From IMG/VR virus record IMGVR_UViG_3300028906_000001, positions 7,716 to 71,715 of that record: a DNA stretch of 64,000 nucleotides. One strand, 5' to 3'. Of this stretch, positions 55,200-64,000 are shown piece after piece. The position numbers and the translations under genes were made by a program. Under the pieces are notes generated by a model. It saw only the letters and a list, made by a program, of their open reading frames with translations, made no database searches and had not been told where the DNA came from. The stretch is from a virus. Taxonomy: Duplodnaviria > Caudoviricetes. Numbering within the stretch: the stretch's first letter is position 1; the number at the start of each line of letters is the position of its first letter.

Positions 55200-57182
55200 A
55201 TGACGCCGCGCCGCCAGAGGCGGGAGGTTCCGCGCTGGCGGCGCGGCACGCAGCAGCAGCACGGGGGCGTGCAGCTGACCGGCCGCCACGCCAGGGCCTT
55301 CGCCCGCGAGTACGCCCGCGAGACCGCCCGCCAGTCCGCGGCCAGCACCGCTAACGACACGCTGGCCAGGACCGGCGGGTGGCGGTTCCGGAACCACGTC
55401 GCCCCGTTTGCGTGGCTGGCGTTCCTGGTCCTGGCCGCGGCCGGGCTGCGCCGGACCGCGCACCCGCTGCCGTACAGCCTCCCGGCCGGCTTCGCCGCCG
55501 GCTTCCTGGCCGTGTGGGCGACCCGGCACCTGTCCGCGTACGCCCGCCGCGCCGCCGACCTGGGCGCGCTGCTCACCGCTGCCTGGCTGCCGGTCCTGGC
55601 CGCCGAGGGGTTCAGGAAGCCGTGGCCCGCGGTCCTGGCCGCGACCTGGGCGCTCTGCGCCGGCCTGTGGATCCGCCACTACCGCTGGCGCCCGCACGCT
55701 GTCGCAGACGTCACGGTCCCGGTCAGCGACGACACTGACGAGGCCCGGTGGAAGGCGCTGGCCGCTGAGCACCGGTGGAAAGGCGTCCTCGGCCCCGCCG
55801 AGCAGCTGGACGGCGGCGGCCGCCGCTACCCAGTCCAGCTGGACGGCATCAAGACCACCATCGGCACCGTCCTGGCCGCGAGCGAGAACATCGCCGGCGC
55901 GTGGCACAAGCCCATGACCGAGGCGTACGCCGAACGTGACCCGCTCGGCATCACCTCCCGCGGTTACCTGACGATCCTCGGCCGCGAGTCCCTGATGAGG
56001 GTCCGCGAGTGGTCCGGCGCGGGCATGGACCCGGCGACGGGACTGGCGGTCATCGGCCGGTACGCCGACGGCTCCGACACGCGCGTCAAGCTCTACACGC
56101 CGAGGTTCGGCACCCGGCACGCCCTGATCAGCGGCACGACAGGCTCAGGCAAGAGCGAGCTGCTGAACCTGCTGATCTTCATCGCGCTGGTGACGGCCGG
56201 ATGGTTCGTTCCCGTCGTCCTGGACCCGCAGGAGGGCCAGTCGCTGCCGTTCTGGCGGGACCGGTGCCTGTACGCCGCGGGCACCGACGAATGCCACCGG
56301 ATGATCCGGGGCCTGCACGCCGGGATGCTGGGCCGGTCCCGTTACATGGCCGGGCTGCGCTGGGACGACGACGGGATCGCGATGCGCGGCATGCCGTTCT
56401 TCGACCGGGAGCTGACCGGCCTGCCGATGCCGCTGATCATCTTCGACGAGGCGCACATGGCCCTCAAGGGCGCGACGAAAGGCGAACGGCAGATCGTGTC
56501 GGACACGGTGGAGATCGCCCGGCTGTCCCGCAAGACCGGCGCGGGGCTGTGGCTGGCCACGCACATCCCCGGCCTGACCGACCTGGGCGGCGAGCAGGCG
56601 CTCCGCGACATGCTCCGCGGCGGCAACGTCGTGTCGATGCGGACCGCGAACCGGGTGGGCGGCCCGATGCTGGGCCTGGAGAAGGACCCCAGCGAGATCC
56701 CCCGGTTCTTCGCCGACGGGAAGGAAACCTACGGGCTGGGTTACGCGGCGGGCCCGGACAACCGCCCGGACGCCCCGATGCGCTCGGACCTGGTCCCGAA
56801 GGCGATGCGACGCCGCGTGCCCGCGGTGCCGGTGCTGGACGACCGGTTCCTGGAGGACATGGACCGCGCGATGGGCGGCCAGGGCGTGCCGGTCCCCTCC
56901 TCCGCGCCGGACCCTCCCGCTGATGACGCGCCGGAGGGCCGCCGCTGCGCCGACGCGGTGTGGCAGGTGCTGGCGGACTCGGGGAAGCCGATGGAGCGCG
57001 GGGAGGTCATCAAGTGGGTGAACGAGCTGGTCACGACCGGCTGGGGCCGGGAGAAGCCGTTCAGCATCCGGTCGGTCACCGACGCCCTGGCGAAGCTCAC
57101 CGCCGGCGACGGCGGCCGTGTCATCACCAAGGTCCGCGACGGCGTGTACCAGGCGCCGCAGGACGAAAGCGAAAGGAACTGA
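55200..57182 (+). CDS. traB: TraB-like FtsK/SpoIIIE conjugative DNA translocase
   Basis: N-terminal TM helices, Walker A GTTGSGKS (56133-56156), Walker B LIIFDEAH (56433-), ARLSRKTG..LWLATH, C-terminal winged helix. Confidence 0.82.
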   Translation: MTPRRQRREVPRWRRGTQQQHGGVQLTGRHARAFAREYARETARQSAASTANDTLARTGGWRFRNHVAPFAWLAFLVLAAAGLRRTAHPLPYSLPAGFAAGFLAVWATRHLSAYARRAADLGALLTAAWLPVLAAEGFRKPWPAVLAATWALCAGLWIRHYRWRPHAVADVTVPVSDDTDEARWKALAAEHRWKGVLGPAEQLDGGGRRYPVQLDGIKTTIGTVLAASENIAGAWHKPMTEAYAERDPLGITSRGYLTILGRESLMRVREWSGAGMDPATGLAVIGRYADGSDTRVKLYTPRFGTRHALISGTTGSGKSELLNLLIFIALVTAGWFVPVVLDPQEGQSLPFWRDRCLYAAGTDECHRMIRGLHAGMLGRSRYMAGLRWDDDGIAMRGMPFFDRELTGLPMPLIIFDEAHMALKGATKGERQIVSDTVEIARLSRKTGAGLWLATHIPGLTDLGGEQALRDMLRGGNVVSMRTANRVGGPMLGLEKDPSEIPRFFADGKETYGLGYAAGPDNRPDAPMRSDLVPKAMRRRVPAVPVLDDRFLEDMDRAMGGQGVPVPSSAPDPPADDAPEGRRCADAVWQVLADSGKPMERGEVIKWVNELVTTGWGREKPFSIRSVTDALAKLTAGDGGRVITKVRDGVYQAPQDESERN

Positions 57183-57183
57183 T

Positions 57184-57499
57184 CATGATGCAACCAGTCG
57201 CGACCCTCCCCGAAGCGGCCGCTCTGGCCGATGCGGACCGCGCCGCGATCCTGCGCTACGCCACCTGGCTGCTGCCTGTCCGCGACCGGGCCGACCCGGA
57301 GGTAGTTACCCGCGCTGCCGCCCCGCTGCTCAGGTGGGCGCAGGATGCCGTTAGCAAAGACGACCTGCGCGCCCGCATGGCGGCGATGTCGCGGGAGCAT
57401 GACAACTCATCCCCGGTGGTCACCGAGCCTGTCGATCCGGAGGGGTTCCTCACCCGGGCCCGCGTCTACTACGAGTTCATCACCGGCGTCACCCGATGA
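57184..57499 (+). CDS. Hypothetical protein
   Basis: RBS aaagga. Coupled between traB and the DUF2637 gene. Confidence 0.55.
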
Positions 57500-58164
57500 C
57501 CAGCGACAGCATCGCCGTCCGCGCGGTCAGCGCCTGCTACGCGCTCATGGCCGCGGTGACCGTCATCGCGACCGCCGTGGGGTTCTGGCTGTCCTACGCC
57601 GGGCTGCACTCCTTCGCGGCCCGTGCCGGGCTGTCGGGCCCGGAGGCGTGGGCATGGCCGTCCAGCGTGGACCTGTTCATTCTCGCAGGCGAGCTCGGCA
57701 TCACCATCTCGGTGCTGCGGGATGGCAAGACGGACTGGCGGGCGTGGATGTACTTCGCCGCCGGCGCGGGCCCGTCGGTCGGCTTCAACGTCCTGCATGT
57801 GACGGTGACCGCTCCGGGCTGGGGCAAGTACGCAGTGGCGGCCACTCCCCCGGTCGCTGCGGTGCTGGCGCTGGCGGCGCTGATGCAGCAGGTGCTGAGC
57901 CTCGACGCGGCGCTGGCGCACCTGCACGGCCGCGCGGACAATCCCGGACGGTCCCGGACGCATGACGAAACCGCGCCGAGCGACGCCGAAACCGCGGCGC
58001 TGGCCTCGCTGCGGGTCACGCTCGCGGCCGGGAACCCGTGGTCGCTGAACCAGCTCCGGGAACGGTTTTCGCTGACCCGTACGCAAGCGACGAGAGTGCG
58101 CCAACTGGTCCTGGCCGCCGCCAACGGGCACGATAGCGGCAACGACGCAGGAGGCACGACATGA
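57496..58164 (+). CDS. DUF2637 (SpdA-like) membrane protein with a C-terminal HTH
   Basis: GFWLSYAGL..FA...G......W.WP..VD..I...EL, S...NV.H, P.VA...L, L.ERF......A.R. Confidence 0.8.
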   Translation: MTSDSIAVRAVSACYALMAAVTVIATAVGFWLSYAGLHSFAARAGLSGPEAWAWPSSVDLFILAGELGITISVLRDGKTDWRAWMYFAAGAGPSVGFNVLHVTVTAPGWGKYAVAATPPVAAVLALAALMQQVLSLDAALAHLHGRADNPGRSRTHDETAPSDAETAALASLRVTLAAGNPWSLNQLRERFSLTRTQATRVRQLVLAAANGHDSGNDAGGTT

Positions 58165-59821
58165 GCGAGACCGCCCGGGCCAACCGCGACGGCCACCCGT
58201 GCCCGCCCTGGTGCACCGCCGACCATGACCAGGAGCTGCTCCCCGGCAGCTTCAGCACCGCGCACAGTTCTGAGGGCGCGCATGCCGCCGGGGCGACTGT
58301 CACCGCAGTTCTCTTCCCCTCCGTCCGCGAACCGGAAGTCCAGGTCTGCACCCCCGGCGTGGACGGCGGCTCCATCTTCCTGCCTGCTCGCGAGGCCGGG
58401 TACCTGGCCGTCCTGATCAGGGAGCTCGCCGGCGCCGCCCCCGAAGAGCATCGCGAGCTGGCCGCCGCGATCCGCCGGGCCGCCGCGCAGATCACGGAGG
58501 CCGGCGATGGCTGACGCGGGGAACCTGACCGCCAGCGACGTCGAGGCGATGCTGGCCGAGGCCGGGGTGGACTGCTCGGCGCTGGAGATCCGCGACGACC
58601 CCAAGGTGTGGCGGGACGCGGCAACGGGCCGCGAGTTCACGTCCGTGGTGATCAGCGGGCCGGAGGAACCGCGCCGCGCGGCCTTTTGCGCGCTGCTCGC
58701 CCTCGGCCTGAGCGTCGCCCCGTACCCCGATCATGACGAGTGGTCGCGGTGAGCGCCCTGGAGCAGCGCCGCCGCACCGTCCGTGTGCTGGAGCTGCTGA
58801 GCGAGTCGTTCGAGGCGCACCAGCGCGGCGACGACGAATCGTTCCATGCCATCCTGGACACCGCGATGGAGTGCGACGGTCTCGCTTTCGCGGGTATCCG
58901 GATCGGCATCACCATCGGGGAGATCCCGAACCCTGAGCGGGACTGGCCGGCGTGGGCGGAGTACGTGACTGCTGCCAGGGAAGCGCTGACGGCGGCGGAA
59001 GCGGAGGCCGGTCGTGGTGACTGAGCCTCAGCCCGCCCCCCAGGACCGCGCCGACCAAGCCGCCAAGGACCTGATGACCGCTATCACCGAGATGGCCGTG
59101 CCAGGGGACAGCGAGATCGTGGTGCTCCTGCGCGGCCATGTCGAAGGTATTCCGGGCCGGGAACCCCCGGACGCCGACCTGTTCTACTCGTGGGAGTGGT
59201 TCTGCCGGCCGGAGGACCGGTCAGGGCTAGACGTCGCGCCGGGGGCGGACGGCCATGGTCACATCCGAGGGAGCGGCGATGAGCCCGGTACCACGTGACG
59301 TGATGAGCGCCGAGGTGCGCGCAGCCATCGAGCGTCACGACGAGTGGGATGCGATGCACGAGTTCGTCACCCTGCACTGGGACGGCGAGCACCTGAGTTA
59401 CGGCACGGTCGGCATCATCGACCCGGCCTTTCACCCGACCCAGTACGGCAAGCTGATGGCCCGGCTGGCGGCCGAGCAGATCGGCAGGGAGCCGGGTAAG
59501 CCGCCGTACGCCTACCTGCTCCAGATCGAGGGTTTCGGCGTGCCTGAGCCGCCGCCCAGCGCGACCGACGAGGAGCGCGCCCAGTTTAACCGTGACCGGA
59601 TCGGCCGCACCTTCCACCAGCGCGCCGACGCTCACGAGTTCGCCCAGGCATGGTGCGCTGACATCCACGGCCGGCTCTGGTCCGCCACGAAGCGGCGCGA
59701 CCGGCCTGACGATATCCAGGTCAAGTTCTACCGGCCCGGCGCCGCTCCGTCTGGCCAGATGATCGAGGCCCTGCTCGCCGTCGCTGCCGCCACGGGTTCA
59801 CTGCAAGCGGGCGCGAACTAG
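58161..59821 (+). CDS. Coupled small ORFs: 58161..58514 (CPPWC..DH, DUF6907-like), 58507..58752, 58749..59024, 59014..59298, ~59276..59821
   Basis: Head-to-tail overlaps continuing the traB operon. Confidence 0.6.
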
Positions 59822-59886
59822 GTAGCGTTCACGTAACCTCACCTGCACCGATACCGTAGACTCCGGATACCTCCGGATACGGGCAG

Positions 59887-60519
59887 GTGGACTCTTTGGC
59901 GGACCCGGCTGACCTGGCACGCGAGGCGTGCACGCTGCTCGCCGGGTACCTGCCGGTCCTCGAGCGCCTGGTCGCCGAACCGTCGTCGGCACCGGGCGCC
60001 GCCGCTGGCATGACACCGCGCGCCGCTGACGCGCCGGAGCCGTGGGACGGGCAGGCCGGCCGCGCGCTGATGGACGGCCATGAGGGCGTGCGCCGCCTGG
60101 AGGCCGCGCTGCGCTACGCCGTCGCCGGCCACCCCGGCCAGCGCCGCGGCGGCTCGGCGGGGAACACCGCCGCCGCGCTGGACGCCATCCCGAGACTGGT
60201 CGCCGGCCTCGGCGCGGCCGCCGAAGGCGCGGCGGCGCGGATCCTGGAGCGGTGGATCAACGAGGCCCGGTGCCTGCCCGCGATCGACGAGGCCCGGCTG
60301 TGGCGCCCGCTGCCGTCGCGTGCGTGTCCCTATTGCGGCTACTTCTGGCTGCGCGGTGACATGGACACCAGGCCGCCCGTCGTCGCCTGCTTCCTCGTGG
60401 GCTGCGCCGACGGCAACGGCCTGCGCCCGGCCGCGACCATGGGCACCGACGAGCACGGCCGCCCGGTCCTGTCCTGGGCGGACGGCCTGACCGAGATCGT
60501 GCCGGACCCGGAAGGGTGA
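59887..60519 (+). CDS. Zn-ribbon phage protein, possibly a late transcription regulator
   Basis: EPWD...R.LE..LR, GGS..NT..AL, CPYC...L...V.C...C. Confidence 0.55.
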   Translation: MDSLADPADLAREACTLLAGYLPVLERLVAEPSSAPGAAAGMTPRAADAPEPWDGQAGRALMDGHEGVRRLEAALRYAVAGHPGQRRGGSAGNTAAALDAIPRLVAGLGAAAEGAAARILERWINEARCLPAIDEARLWRPLPSRACPYCGYFWLRGDMDTRPPVVACFLVGCADGNGLRPAATMGTDEHGRPVLSWADGLTEIVPDPEG

Positions 60520-60523
60520 CCCG

Positions 60524-60954
60524 ATGCCCTGGCCTGGAGATATCGAGTCGGTAACCATCATCTGGATGGACGACCGGAAAGAGACGTACAACTGCAACAC
60601 GGTCGAGGTCGGGGACGGTGAGCTTCGGCTGAGCAGTGTCTACAAGAGCAGCATGGTTACCCAGGTCCGCGATGAGCGGTCGTTCCCCCTGGCCAACATC
60701 CGCGTCCATACTGTCAACCGGGTGTCGTAATGACGACCGCGACAGCCGCCCGGGCGAAAGGCCGCTGCCCCGAGTGCGGCAGGATCATCTCCGGCCGCGC
60801 GGTCGGCATCCAGCGCGCCGCCGCCGACCGGAGGTTCGTCGCCCTGTCTCCGCACATGCGCGCCGAGCCGGACGGCAACAAACGCGGCGTGCCGTGCCTG
60901 CTGCGCGGCGGCCGCCGCGTCGTCCCGCGCATCCGCGTCGTCACAGCAGCGTGA
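60524..60954 (+). CDS. Two small hypothetical proteins (60524..60730; 60730..60954, Zn ribbon)
   Basis: Coupled. CPEC...H...C in the second. Confidence 0.55.
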
Positions 60955-61168
60955 CTATGCTTGTGCGGTCCCCGTCGCGCACGAGGATCTCCGCGCCGCT
61001 TGCCATCCGGGAATCGATGAACTCGTACAGGGTGATGGCCCGGTTCACGAGGTCGGTCTTGCTCAGCCCGGTGCGCTCCCCGAGGCCGGCGAGGGCGGAG
61101 GATGCTTTCGGGATGAGGGAGACGGTGATGCGTTCTGTCGTCGCCGTGGTCGTTGCCGTGGTGGTCAT
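60941..61168 (-). CDS. Ribbon-helix-helix protein, copy 2
   Basis: ERITVSL...LGERTGLSKTDLVNRAITLYEF. Leaderless TAGAAT-N6-ATG. Confidence 0.75.
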   Translation of the reverse strand: MTTTATTTATTERITVSLIPKASSALAGLGERTGLSKTDLVNRAITLYEFIDSRMASGAEILVRDGDRTSIVTLL

Positions 61169-61204
61169 GCAGCGATTCTATGGTCTCCTGATGGCGGTCC
61201 CTGG

Positions 61205-61863
61205 ATGAGCGGCGACGGCTGGACCATCCCCGAAGCGCTGGCCGAGTTCGAGCGGCAGGGGATGCCCGTCGACCCGGCCCGGTTCCGCGCGGCCGTCCGC
61301 GTCGCGAAGCTGCAGCGCACCGGCGAGACGTCATCCGGTGAGCGCGGCGGACGCGGCCACGCCTTGTATGAAATAGCGCAGTTGCAACGCTTGCACTCTG
61401 CTTTGGCTCCGTGGCTCGCGGTGCGGGATGCGACATGAGCTGGTCCGGCACGCAGCCCGGCTGGGCGCACAATGACCGGACGTTCCAGTGGGAGCTGCAC
61501 GACCGCCGAGGCCACGTCGTCGGCCGGATTACAGACGAGGCGGTCGCGGACATGATGACGGTCCCGCTCGCGCAGAGATGGGTTGTCGAGCGGTTCGGGT
61601 ACCGGCTGCCCGCGCTCGATAGTCCGGTCATGTGACCAGCGCGAAGCGTGGTAAAACGGGGCGTGCTCAACCCGCGCATCAGCCTGCCCGCCGCCCGCAG
61701 CGGCAACGTGACCGTCGAATGTCCCGACCACGGCCCGATGGCTTGGCGTGACATGGCGTGGCGCTGCGGCCAGTGCCCGGCGTCGGTGACCGAGGCGGAC
61801 ATGGCCCGGCTCGCGCGATGGCTCGGCGGCGAGAATCTCGGCGCGGACTGCGGCCGCCCGTAA
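61205..61863 (+). CDS. Three small proteins (61205..61438 HTH-like; ~61435..61635; 61648..61863 Zn ribbon)
   Basis: Co-oriented small ORFs. Confidence 0.5.
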
Positions 61864-62015
61864 TCCGGGCGCCAGAAGGCCTGGTCGGCTTAAAGGCTTA
61901 CTGAGGCCTCCCGGCCTTCCCGAGTTTACCCGGCAGCCCGCGTAATCCTCGCGCTCACCTGCCGCGTCCTGTAGGTTGACTGCCCAGAACCGACCACATC
62001 AGGAGACGACCGCAC

Positions 62016-62882
62016 ATGCTCAGACGACTTGCAGCGCTCGCAGCGGGCGCCATCCTCACCACCGGCCTCGCGGTGACCAGCGCCACCATGGCGAACGCCA
62101 CCACCGCGACGTGCCTCGGCACGCAGAACCCCGTATCCGGCCCGGTCAGCTGCGGCGGCCTGTACCTGCCCGGCATGGACCCGGCACCATCCGGGCAGCC
62201 GAACGCCGGCACGCTGTCACTGACCGCGAGCTCGGACTTCTGGAACGCGCTGATCACGTTCGGGCCGTTCACCGGCTCGCTGTCGACGCAGGACTTCACC
62301 GTCTACGAGCGGTGCACGTCCGTCGGCGGCACCCGCACCGAGACGAACCCGTGCGGAACCGGCACTCCCGTCCTGAACGCGGCGTCGGGCCGGCCTGAGT
62401 TCGTGGCGGAAGTGACACCGCTCGGCGCGCACATCGGCGGCGCGCTCAACAGCATCAGCAACCTGTGCATCTCCTGGGAGGCGCTCCCCGTCGGACCGCA
62501 GCACAAGCTCCGCATCCAGATGGTGGAACGCACCTGCGACACGTTCGGCGCCACGTTTTACGCCGGCATCGCTGACGGCCTGAACGCGCCGCCGGCCAAC
62601 ACCGGCGTGCCCGGCGCGGTGACCAGCCCGAACCCGTACCAGACGTTCGCCGCCGTCCCCGGCGGACCGTGCGGCACTCTGTCCTCCTGTGACGTGATCG
62701 CCAACGACGCGCTGTCCAGCAACTTCCACAACCGGCTGTGGGTGGTCGACGACCAGGCGTTCAGCTATCCCGCGGGCCGCGCGCTGCTGTACCCGGAGAA
62801 CGACGGCCGGAACCAGCTGGCCGCGTTCTTCGGCTGCAACGGCGCGGTGCTGACCACCGGCGTCGCCAGCTCCTGCCCGTAA
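62016..62882 (+). CDS. Secreted Cys-containing protein, possibly a beta-trefoil (ricin-B-like) lectin
   Basis: RBS aggag, Sec signal peptide, NLCI...RTC and NQL motifs. Confidence 0.65.
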   Translation: MLRRLAALAAGAILTTGLAVTSATMANATTATCLGTQNPVSGPVSCGGLYLPGMDPAPSGQPNAGTLSLTASSDFWNALITFGPFTGSLSTQDFTVYERCTSVGGTRTETNPCGTGTPVLNAASGRPEFVAEVTPLGAHIGGALNSISNLCISWEALPVGPQHKLRIQMVERTCDTFGATFYAGIADGLNAPPANTGVPGAVTSPNPYQTFAAVPGGPCGTLSSCDVIANDALSSNFHNRLWVVDDQAFSYPAGRALLYPENDGRNQLAAFFGCNGAVLTTGVASSCP

Positions 62883-63425
62883 GCATGAAGAGGTCGGGCA
62901 CGTCCTTCCCAGTGCATGAGTACCCGCGCGCTGTCTAGCGCGGGGAAAGCCGACCGGATGCACATATAGGACCCGGTGGGCCGCGTCCAGCCCTTAGACA
63001 AGGTATTGGGCGCGGCCCTGACCGCGGGCTTCCCGTAGGGGAAGCGTTCAGGGATGGGATTGTGCGGGTGTGCGCCAGCGGCGTGCGCGCCAGGGACGTT
63101 CGGGGCGTGCGCCTTCGATTCCCGCCCGGCGGCCAGAGCCGGATTGACTGGCTCCCTGCTTCCCCGCCCTCGATAGCATGACCCCGGCCGCTCAGCGCGC
63201 GAGCGGCCGGCCAGCCCGCAAACGGAGACTAGCTCCTGACTTCTCCGCGTCGGCTATGGCGGGCGAGGTTAATTTCGTATAACGTTCGCCTTGGCGGACC
63301 ATGCCCGGATCCCCTGCTGAAGGCAATCCGCCGAGATCCCGCTCGATGCGCACCGCATCCAGGCCCGGCGCCACCCCCCCGGCGCCGGGTCTCGCGCATC
63401 CGCGACAGCGAACGGAAGGACGCCC

Positions 63426-63929
63426 ATGAGCTGGAGCCTGAACGCCGCAGGTCACGTCCCCGCGCAGGATCCGTCCGCAGGCCCGGCAGGTGACAGCGCG
63501 GCGATCGAGATGGAGCTGTACGAGGCGCTGAAGACGGTGCTGTCCGACCCGAAGTACGGCGCGTCGGCGTCGAGTTTCGGCGGCAGCCACGTCTCCGGCA
63601 GCCTCCACGCCCCGGACGCGTAGAGCCCCCGTGATCGCCGCCAGTCATCCGTTCATCCGGCGCCAGCTCAACTTCCGCGACGAGAACGGCGACTACGGAT
63701 GCGCCGAGTGCGGTCGTCCCGCTTCCGTTCACCCGCAGCCGTACGGCGGTCGCGTGGCCGCACTCAGTATCACCATCCCCGTCAAGGCCGAGCTGACAGA
63801 GGAAGGCCGGCGTTTCTTCGGCCTCCCGCCGGAAGGAACGCGACCATGACGAGCACGCAGGCGTGGATCCTGATCGTCGAGGCCGGCATCGTGGCACTCG
63901 CCGCGCTCATCGGCCTGCTGCGCAAGTAA
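63426..63929 (+). CDS. Small proteins (63426..63623, 63631..63849, 63846..63929 single TM)
   Basis: RBS and coupling. Confidence 0.5.
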
Positions 63930-64000
63930 CATCGGGGCCATGACGTACGGCGACGGGCGCACCGAAGCGCAAGAGCGCGCGGACGACTCACGCATGATCC

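Larger units (their letters stand above)
1..64000. mobile_element. Temperate actinobacteriophage (siphovirus-like), partial genome, probably non-integrated form
   Basis: Head, tail, lysis, integration, immunity and replication modules are contiguous. No host housekeeping genes. Intact attP at 34.4 kb is flanked by phage genes. Confidence 0.95.

Noticed and set aside
55200-57182. Type VII secretion EccC or terminase ATPase
   Set aside because: It has a single ATPase domain with N-terminal TMs and a C-terminal winged helix, DUF2637 as neighbour, and no other ESX genes or nuclease domain.
49668-59821. Complete independent AICE inserted in the phage
   Set aside because: No RepSA/Rep, no second integrase and no flanking att duplication are seen in or around the module. 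It is treated as a captured transfer module, though a decayed AICE origin is likely.
63265-63290. loxP-like site (TTAATTTCGTATA)
   Set aside because: Only one arm resembles loxP; there is no inverted second arm after an 8-bp spacer.
29-64000. Many long Arg/Pro/Gly-rich ORFs in the track (e.g. 10628..12184-, 17631..18983-, 26011..27339+ 5' part, 40285..41991+, 50769..52127- 5' part)
   Set aside because: Shadow frames typical of ~72% GC DNA that overlap better-supported genes.

Overview
High-GC (actinobacterial-host) temperate siphovirus genome segment, apparently in excised/virion form because an intact attP (3' half of tRNA-Arg(ACG) plus arm-type repeats) lies mid-window with phage genes on both sides. 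Left to right: HK97-type prohead protease and major capsid; a ~7 kb block of head-accessory genes and morons; head-tail connector, tail tube, frameshifted tail chaperones, tape measure, tail tip/fibre genes; holin/endolysin; xis/int/attP; a ~14 kb leftward early operon (Mom-like enzyme, iteron-bearing replication initiator, RecT/RecE-like pair, cro) and cI; an XRE-DUF5753/DUF397/DUF6879 cassette divergent from an AICE-type conjugation module (TraB-like FtsK/SpoIIIE translocase, TraA-like, DUF2637, membrane proteins); then late-regulator-like and small genes. The main candidate novelty is a tailed phage carrying an actinomycete conjugative DNA-transfer module. Family assignments come from motif recognition by eye; no database searches were run. 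Many start codons were re-called from the ORF track using overlaps, RBS and leaderless promoters.
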